Assembly (NCBI GenBank): GCA_049515895.1
Contig: JBEKTQ010000014.1
Span: 20,943-84,942, forward strand
DNA from: Candidatus Bathyarchaeia archaeon
Lineage (GTDB): Archaea; Thermoproteota; Bathyarchaeia; Bathyarchaeales; Bathycorpusculaceae
Direction of reading: 5' to 3'
Length of the DNA stretch: 64,000 bases
Shown here: piece by piece, positions 57,718 to 64,000 of the stretch
How the letters are laid out: each line of letters opens with the position of its first letter
Numbering within the stretch: position 1 is the first letter of the stretch
Made by a program: the position numbers and the translations under genes
The notes under the pieces: model-generated
What the model saw: only the letters and a program-made list of their open reading frames with translations
Told to the model about the DNA's origin: nothing
Databases searched by the model: none

Positions 57718-59984
57718 CCGAACAGCAAAAACTTTTAGCAATAGCTGAAGGCTACCATGAACTAGGCCTACCTGTAATTCCTTTTTTTATTAACCCTCAA
57801 GCAGATGCAAACGGAATACACGAAAAAACCCCAGTAATAACGACTTATAAAAAATGGTACACTGAACCCCAAACAAAAGATCAGTTCAAAGCGTTAGACT
57901 GGAGAGGATGTAATGGTTTTGGAGTAATTTTAGGCATAAAAGCAACTAATGGCTATTACCTATCGTGTATAGACCACGACACCAAAAATAGCTTTAAAAA
58001 ACCTGAAGAACGCGAAGCCTACGAAAAAGCAATACCAATCGGCAAAGAAATCTTAAAGAAATTTCCACAAGCTACCAAAATAGAAAAGACGGTTAACGAT
58101 GGAATACACCTTTATTATTGGAGCAAACAAAGACCTGAAACAGACGGAAATTTCCACGATACCGCAGCACTTGAACTTTTAGGTTACATGAAATTATGCG
58201 TCATGTACCCTTCTTATGGCTACAAAGACGTAGGCAGTGACGTTATCGCTACAGTGGAAAATTTAGACGAGTTATTCCATAAATGCCTAAAAGGAAGCGG
58301 TTTTGGAGTAACGGAAGAAACAGAAGTAGAAAATCAAGTAGATAACTACAGTTTCCAGATTAGTAAAATAATCGACTTGTCTAAACTTGAAAACAAAGGA
58401 GAAGGCCAGTATCAAGGCAGTCACCCAATACATGACAGCACAACAGAACATAATTTTTCAGTAGATACAAAACATAATCAGTGGTTCTGTTTCCGACATA
58501 ATAGCGGTGGTGGAGCCCTCCAATACTTAGCCGTGAAAGAAGGCTTAATTAAATGTGAACAAGCCAAAAGAGGAGCGCTAAGAGGTAAAAAGTTTCAAGA
58601 AGTGCTAAAAATAGCTGTGGCAAGTGGATTAATAGATGAAAAGGTATTAACCCAGTCAGAAATCAACCCGGTAATTCTTGCAAAAGATATAATGGAAGAC
58701 CATGTTTTTGCGGTTGACAAAGAAACTAACGAACTCTATTTCTATGTTGACTATGGAAAAGACGAAGGCATATACAGCAACCAGACCGAGCAACTCATAA
58801 AAAGAGAAATAGTAGCGCGACTTGACGAAAACTTTAAGGCACGATACTATAATGAAATCAACGAATTTATTTTAGGTTCAGCTCCACTAGTGGAAATGGG
58901 CGCTTTAAACCCTGAACTTTTAGCAGTTCAAAACGGTTTATTAGATGTTCTTAAAAAATCCTTAGAGAAATACACGAGCAAGAGCTACATAACTAAAAAG
59001 CTCCCGGTAATTTTTGACCAAGAAAACAAGAGTACCGTTTGGCATGATTTTATTAAAACAGTCATACCAAACGAAAAACAACGTAAACAAGTACAGCAAC
59101 TAATAGGACACTGTCTTTATAGAAAAATCCTAACAGAAATATGCTTAATCTTGCTAGGTGGAGGCAGCAACGGAAAAACCATTTTTCTGTTAACAATCAC
59201 GAAGTTTTTAGGTGGATCTGCTAACGTAAGCAGTCACTCAATACAAGCCTTATGTTACGACAAATTCGTAACTGGAGAGGTAAGAGGGAAACTAGCTAAT
59301 ATTTGCGCTGATTTACCACATAAAGAACTGCTTAACACGGCTAATTTTAAGGCGCTGACTTCTGGAGATCAAGTACAAGCCTATATCAAACACGTTCAAA
59401 AAACCATACCATTTTTCCCCACAACCAAATACATTTTTTCAGCTAACCAAATACCCCCAGTATCAAACGAGGAAGATTGTTACGCATGGTATAGACGCTT
59501 TATTTTTGCGGATTTTTCTGTTACCTTCACTAAAGAAAACTCTGTACCACGTCAAGAACTTCTAGATAAACTGTCATCTCCAGATGTTTTTAGCGAAATC
59601 TTGAACTGGGCTTTAGAAGGCCTTGAAACACTAAACAAAGAAGGCGATGTAACCGACAAGCCAACAGTAGCAGAAATTAGGTTACAATACATAAAGCGCT
59701 CTGATTCAGCTTTAGCTTATTTTGAAGATAGAGTGAAATGTACTTCTGATTCTACGGATTATGTCTTTACAGATCAATGGTTCAGAGATTATGTAAATTA
59801 CTGCTTAGCAAACAACCTGAAGCCCAAAACTCAAGGCGATTTTATCAACACGGTAAAACAGCACTTACCCGGCGCTGAAAAAACAAGAATAAGACCAGAG
59901 CGTAGTTCAGATGAAAAAACAAGTGCATTGTCAGCTTTTCGCTATGTCAAAATAATAAATTCTAAAGAAGGGGGTTTGGCTTGA
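57714..59984 (+). CDS. Bifunctional primase-polymerase + Zn finger + D5/P4-type SF3 helicase
   Basis: IDHD...T...GIHLYY (Prim-Pol); HPIH...WFCFRH; VQNGLLD; GGGSNGKT Walker A; FKALTSGD; FSANQIP; WYRR. Confidence 0.9.
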   Translation: MTEQQKLLAIAEGYHELGLPVIPFFINPQADANGIHEKTPVITTYKKWYTEPQTKDQFKALDWRGCNGFGVILGIKATNGYYLSCIDHDTKNSFKKPEEREAYEKAIPIGKEILKKFPQATKIEKTVNDGIHLYYWSKQRPETDGNFHDTAALELLGYMKLCVMYPSYGYKDVGSDVIATVENLDELFHKCLKGSGFGVTEETEVENQVDNYSFQISKIIDLSKLENKGEGQYQGSHPIHDSTTEHNFSVDTKHNQWFCFRHNSGGGALQYLAVKEGLIKCEQAKRGALRGKKFQEVLKIAVASGLIDEKVLTQSEINPVILAKDIMEDHVFAVDKETNELYFYVDYGKDEGIYSNQTEQLIKREIVARLDENFKARYYNEINEFILGSAPLVEMGALNPELLAVQNGLLDVLKKSLEKYTSKSYITKKLPVIFDQENKSTVWHDFIKTVIPNEKQRKQVQQLIGHCLYRKILTEICLILLGGGSNGKTIFLLTITKFLGGSANVSSHSIQALCYDKFVTGEVRGKLANICADLPHKELLNTANFKALTSGDQVQAYIKHVQKTIPFFPTTKYIFSANQIPPVSNEEDCYAWYRRFIFADFSVTFTKENSVPRQELLDKLSSPDVFSEILNWALEGLETLNKEGDVTDKPTVAEIRLQYIKRSDSALAYFEDRVKCTSDSTDYVFTDQWFRDYVNYCLANNLKPKTQGDFINTVKQHLPGAEKTRIRPERSSDEKTSALSAFRYVKIINSKEGGLA

Positions 59985-61285
59985 TTTCTGAAAATTGTGT
60001 ACCGCCAGTACCAGATGTACCGACTTTTGAAAATAAGCGCTCCAAAACAGGAAAAAACACAATAGTAAAAAAATCAGTTTTGAACGGAATAGTTGAAAAA
60101 CCCAGTACACCTAGTACTAGCGGTACACAATCCGCTCTAGTTTGCCCTGAATGTGGCAGCACTAGGGTCTTTAAGGATGGTTTCCGTAAAGCGCCTTCTA
60201 ACGCTTCAAGCCCTGAGCCTATTCAGCGTTTCCGATGTGCGGATTATGGCCACCGTTTCAGTGAGCATTTAGTCTTAAATACTGTCCAAGACAATAAGGA
60301 AAGTAACCATTTAAGCGCATCCGGAGCGAAAAAAATGGTTTCCACAACAGAATTAAAGACTGTTGCGGAGATGGAGAGAACACCAACAGAAAACGAGCTA
60401 AGAGCAGCGCCACAGATTGAAAAACTCTTAATTCAGCTAAAGAATGACGGAAGGAAACCTGGAACAGTCAAGAACTACCGAAAAATGTTCAATCGACTAC
60501 TAAAAGAAAAAGCTGACTTATTCAACCCTGAAAACGTAAAATCAATTCTTGCTGATTTACCCAACAAACCACGAGCTAAGAAAAACATGGTTTCAATGCT
60601 GGATCAATGGTTTCAGCTTAACGAGATCAAATGGCGCCGGCCAACCTACACCGGCGAAAGCGAAAAACCTCACATAGCTACCGAGCAACAACTCGACATT
60701 CTGATTACAGCACTTGGAAAAAAGACAGCTACATACTGCCAACTACTCAAGGATACAGGCGCGAGACCAGGCGAACTTTCAGCGGTCACATGGGAAAGTT
60801 TCAACTACCAAATGAAAACAGTAAGGATCAGCGCAGCGGAAAAAGGCAGCAATAGCCGAATCTTGCCAATAACAGCTAAAACTATTGAAATGCTGGCCAA
60901 TCTACCACAGAGGAAAGGCAGACTATTTGCTAATGCTGACGATATGCGATCAAACTTTTTCTTGCAAAGAAGGCGAATAGCGAAAGAGAAAGCTACACCT
61001 GAAATTCTCTTGATTTCCTTTAAGACTTTTCGACATTGGAAAGGAACAATGATACAACACCTAACGCATAATCCTTGGGATGTAAAACTGCAACTAGGCC
61101 ATAAAAGCATCAAATCAACGGAAACTTACATCGACATTGAAAAAATGGTTTTCATGTCTCAAGATGATGGCAAATTCGACGTTAAGATTGCTGACACTTT
61201 AGATGATGCGGTTAAGCTACTTGAGGTAGGCTTTGAATATCACTGTGAAGTAGAAGGCCATAAAATCTTTAGGAAGCGGAAATAA
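59981..61285 (+). CDS. Tyrosine integrase with N-terminal Zn ribbon
   Basis: CPECGS...KDG...QRFRC; TGARPGE, EKG, TFRHW, LGHKSIKSTETY; ends 30 bp before the right att. Confidence 0.9.
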   Translation: MISENCVPPVPDVPTFENKRSKTGKNTIVKKSVLNGIVEKPSTPSTSGTQSALVCPECGSTRVFKDGFRKAPSNASSPEPIQRFRCADYGHRFSEHLVLNTVQDNKESNHLSASGAKKMVSTTELKTVAEMERTPTENELRAAPQIEKLLIQLKNDGRKPGTVKNYRKMFNRLLKEKADLFNPENVKSILADLPNKPRAKKNMVSMLDQWFQLNEIKWRRPTYTGESEKPHIATEQQLDILITALGKKTATYCQLLKDTGARPGELSAVTWESFNYQMKTVRISAAEKGSNSRILPITAKTIEMLANLPQRKGRLFANADDMRSNFFLQRRRIAKEKATPEILLISFKTFRHWKGTMIQHLTHNPWDVKLQLGHKSIKSTETYIDIEKMVFMSQDDGKFDVKIADTLDDAVKLLEVGFEYHCEVEGHKIFRKRK

Positions 61286-61315
61286 TGACAGCAAAAACAA
61301 TGGATTATTCCAAAA

Positions 61316-61340
61316 CTCACGGGATTATTTCGCAGCCGTT
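61316..61340 (+). repeat. att site, right copy (overlaps the radical SAM stop codon)
   Basis: ctcacgggattatttcgcagccgtt, 23/25 identical to 52857-52881. Confidence 0.88.
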
Positions 61341-62444
61341 GTACTTGACAAAGTCAAAATCTTTCAGGCTCACCCTGCCATTCTTGATTAGTCGCTGAAC
61401 CCTCGGCTCCTCAGTCTGCACAGCCCCTACGAGCTCCGCAATCGTCTGGCAAACCTTACTGTATTGCTCGTTACTCCATCGCTTAGTAATGTTAGCGTAA
61501 AGGCATCGTCCTCCGCAGACTCCAAGAACTTGGCAGCCCACGCATGGCGGCTGATCAACAAGAATTTTCCTAAGCATTAACGGGTCAGCTTCAGCTATGT
61601 TTCCCAAATAGTACTTTTTCATTCCCCACATGGTCGGGCAGGGAATTATGTTGCCGTCGGTTTGGATGGCGTAGTTTATCCATCCGCCGCCACAGCGCAT
61701 AAGGCAGTTTTCTTCTTTTTTCAGAAGGGATTCAGCGATGCCTAATAGAGGGTAAAGTTTCAAAACAACGCCATCTTGCTCCATCTTGTCAACCCAGAAC
61801 CCTACAAGCCTTCTTACGCCAGGAATGTAGCTTGTCTTAGCCCACTCTTCAAAATTGCGCCTACCAAAATCGTTGCCCCAAAATCCAGCGTTCAACTGCC
61901 AATGCACTGAAGAGAAGGAAAACTCGTTGTTGTCAAGAAGGAATCGAACTTGCTTGTAGATGTCCGTTTGCTCCATAACGGTCATCCTCGCAATCACCTC
62001 TCCCTCAAAGCCGTTCCGTTTGAGCTGTTTGAGGTTTTCCATGACTTTGCGGAAAGTACCGCTCCCCCTGTAATAGTCAGTTATTGATTCTTCGCCATCT
62101 ACGGAAACCAGAATGGTGTGGAAACGGTTGAGGTATTTTGGCTCCAACTTGTCAAGCAGCAAACCGTTTGTCTGGATCATAAAATGCTTAACCTTAACGT
62201 CGTTCATTATCTGTTTGATTTTGTCGGCGCAAAGCAAGGGTTCGCCCCCGTAAAAGGTTAAGACACAATCAGGATCTTTCCCACAGAAATTATCCAGCAA
62301 CTCCACGTCATAGTTTACTTTCTTAGGTAAATTATAATCTACTTCTATGTCGCCGAAGTCTTCGTCGAAATCGTCCAAAGATTCGCCGAAGCAATACCTG
62401 CACTGCAGATTGCAGTCGGTGGTAACGATTACATGGAAGAACAT
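61317..62444 (-). CDS. Radical SAM/SPASM protein (AF_0577/TIGR04084-like)
   Basis: CNLQCRYC, FYGGEP, QTNG, SPASM cysteines (CGGG...PCP...CVGC...CGGRC), C-terminal NGCEIIP. Confidence 0.88.
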   Translation of the reverse strand: MFFHVIVTTDCNLQCRYCFGESLDDFDEDFGDIEVDYNLPKKVNYDVELLDNFCGKDPDCVLTFYGGEPLLCADKIKQIMNDVKVKHFMIQTNGLLLDKLEPKYLNRFHTILVSVDGEESITDYYRGSGTFRKVMENLKQLKRNGFEGEVIARMTVMEQTDIYKQVRFLLDNNEFSFSSVHWQLNAGFWGNDFGRRNFEEWAKTSYIPGVRRLVGFWVDKMEQDGVVLKLYPLLGIAESLLKKEENCLMRCGGGWINYAIQTDGNIIPCPTMWGMKKYYLGNIAEADPLMLRKILVDQPPCVGCQVLGVCGGRCLYANITKRWSNEQYSKVCQTIAELVGAVQTEEPRVQRLIKNGRVSLKDFDFVKYNGCEIIP

Positions 62445-62468
62445 ATCCCAATTGTGTACAATGCTGGC

Positions 62469-63818
62469 TTAATAGTATTTTTCCGCCAACTTACGTGCTT
62501 CATTGTATTCTTCATTATTTTCTTCATTTTCGTCTTTCCGTGCTTTCGGGGGTTCCTCTTTCTTCTTGTTTTTTACCTCTTCCTTCAGCGCCGCTTTCCG
62601 AGCTTTCTCAACATAGCTTTTAAGGTCTCTGTCCTTAATTGACTTCTCTGGCAGAGTCTCAGGAGTATAAATTAATGGCAAAACAGCCAAGAATAAGAAG
62701 AAAGCCCCAAAAGAAAACAGCTCAGATGCTCTATAACCTGTAAAGTAACTAGATATGTAACTTCCAACAGTGAGACCCAAAAAGTTAGATATAAAAAAAG
62801 GGATTACCCCTACGGCATAATATTTGTCGCTTGATGTACCAAAACTTAAGTCTCCCCATACAGTTAAAATGAATAATACAAGAAGGAACCCCCAAGCGAT
62901 ACCATCTACAATTGCATTAAAATACAAAATTGTTAAATCCGAGGAAGAAATACCGAGGAGTGCAGTGCCTAGGCCAAGCAAAATGAATCCTGTGACTGCA
63001 ACACGTTTCCTCCCCATAGAATCAATGAAAAAACCGCCGAGAAGGGCAAATAACCCCATAAACCCCGTTTGAACAAGCGTCAAGTTCCAAGATTCACTAG
63101 CACCCAATGTGGGACTTGATGGCGCAACCAAATAATTAATCAAAGAAAACATTACCCAAGGTATAAAGTATAAAATGAACGAATGCTGACCAAAAACTTT
63201 CGTGTACTGAGAGTTGCTTTTTTTCGCAGTTAATGGCGGCGATGATGGAGCTTTGACCAACAAATAAATTATTAAGCCAGATAGCCGCCAGACAGCAAGA
63301 ACTATTCCCAGTATTAAAATCTCGCTAATCCCGACAATGCTAAAAGCGGCAATTCCAATTCCGCTCACAAATAATGTAATTCCACTAATGCGTCCACGAT
63401 TCTCTACTGGTATAGAATCAGAATAGCGACCGATGCATGCGGGCATCCCGATGCCTAAAGAGATGCCTAATATAACGCCAATTAGGCTAACTTGCCATAT
63501 ATTGGAAGGATTAACTAGTACTATGGCAATTGAGGATAAGGTACCTAGAATCATCCAAAGTATGATTAAATGTCTGTGTTTAATTTTTTTAGAAACAAAG
63601 GTTCCGGCAACCGCAGAAATAATCAATCCACCGAAATGCAAGCCCCAAATTAGAATGGCTGAAGAGAAACCTGCACCAGAGATTTTTGGTATAATTGTCT
63701 GAAGAAAAAGAGCAAAAACCACGTAATACCATACAAACGCATTTACAACTAGCAAAACATCAGTTATTACAGACCTGAACTTAAGTTCAGTGAGAGCGGT
63801 CAGCTGCTTTTTTAGCAT
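62469..63818 (-). CDS. MFS-like 12-TM membrane protein
   Basis: About 12 TM segments; GFFIDSMGRKR motif-A-like; PETLP. Confidence 0.75.
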   Translation of the reverse strand: MLKKQLTALTELKFRSVITDVLLVVNAFVWYYVVFALFLQTIIPKISGAGFSSAILIWGLHFGGLIISAVAGTFVSKKIKHRHLIILWMILGTLSSIAIVLVNPSNIWQVSLIGVILGISLGIGMPACIGRYSDSIPVENRGRISGITLFVSGIGIAAFSIVGISEILILGIVLAVWRLSGLIIYLLVKAPSSPPLTAKKSNSQYTKVFGQHSFILYFIPWVMFSLINYLVAPSSPTLGASESWNLTLVQTGFMGLFALLGGFFIDSMGRKRVAVTGFILLGLGTALLGISSSDLTILYFNAIVDGIAWGFLLVLFILTVWGDLSFGTSSDKYYAVGVIPFFISNFLGLTVGSYISSYFTGYRASELFSFGAFFLFLAVLPLIYTPETLPEKSIKDRDLKSYVEKARKAALKEEVKNKKKEEPPKARKDENEENNEEYNEARKLAEKYY

Positions 63819-64000
63819 TTAGTTTTCTGCTCTTAAATTTACTTACTATCGGTAGAGAATTAAGTATTTAGTATTCATAATTCATATTTGGAATGCTGCT
63901 TACGCAAAACTTTTAAGCATAACTGTACAACACATATACAGATAGAACGGGAGAAGGTATCTTACAATGCGTGTAAAACCAATTAGAGCAAAAGTTTGGG

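Larger units (their letters stand above)
52857..61340. mobile_element. ~8.5 kb integrated plasmid/virus-like element inserted in the 3' end of a radical SAM gene
   Basis: 25-bp flanking direct repeats, terminal integrase, primase-polymerase/SF3 helicase, HTH/AbrB regulatory switch. Confidence 0.88.

Noticed and set aside
1778-63702. Many 60-130 aa antisense or alternate-frame ORFs in the ORF track
   Set aside because: They lie inside longer motif-bearing genes and show no motifs of their own

Overview
Archaeal chromosomal window, most likely Bathyarchaeia (inferred from frequent TTG/GTG starts, a NitrOD5/DUF3227-type gene beside a multi-PAS kinase, and an intron-containing tRNA; no search was run). 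It has three parts. (1) About 0.8-46.9 kb is a large defence/mobile island abutting the 3' end of an intron-containing tRNA-Pro(GGG), with a tyrosine integrase beside the tRNA and a possible decayed att copy at 795-817. Cargo includes a four-HTH + Swt1-HEPN operon, a GGCT-HIT fusion, UDG-like and DUF2400-nuclease proteins, Mrr, Cas4-like, beta-CASP and GmrSD nucleases, a CHAT protease, a proteasome-beta/HEPN-like fusion, a radical SAM + DGQHR + PbeABCD-like cluster with no dnd genes in the window, a TGT-fold + TIR + membrane-effector operon, two convergent DDE transposase-like genes, and an Alw26I/Eco31I/Esp3I-type IIS R-M system. (2) About 47-52.6 kb is host-like signalling genes. (3) An 8.5 kb integrated primase-helicase element (52857-61340) sits in the last codons of a radical SAM gene, bounded by 25-bp repeats that differ only at synonymous positions; host genes follow. 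All product calls come from motif recognition in the translations, not database searches.
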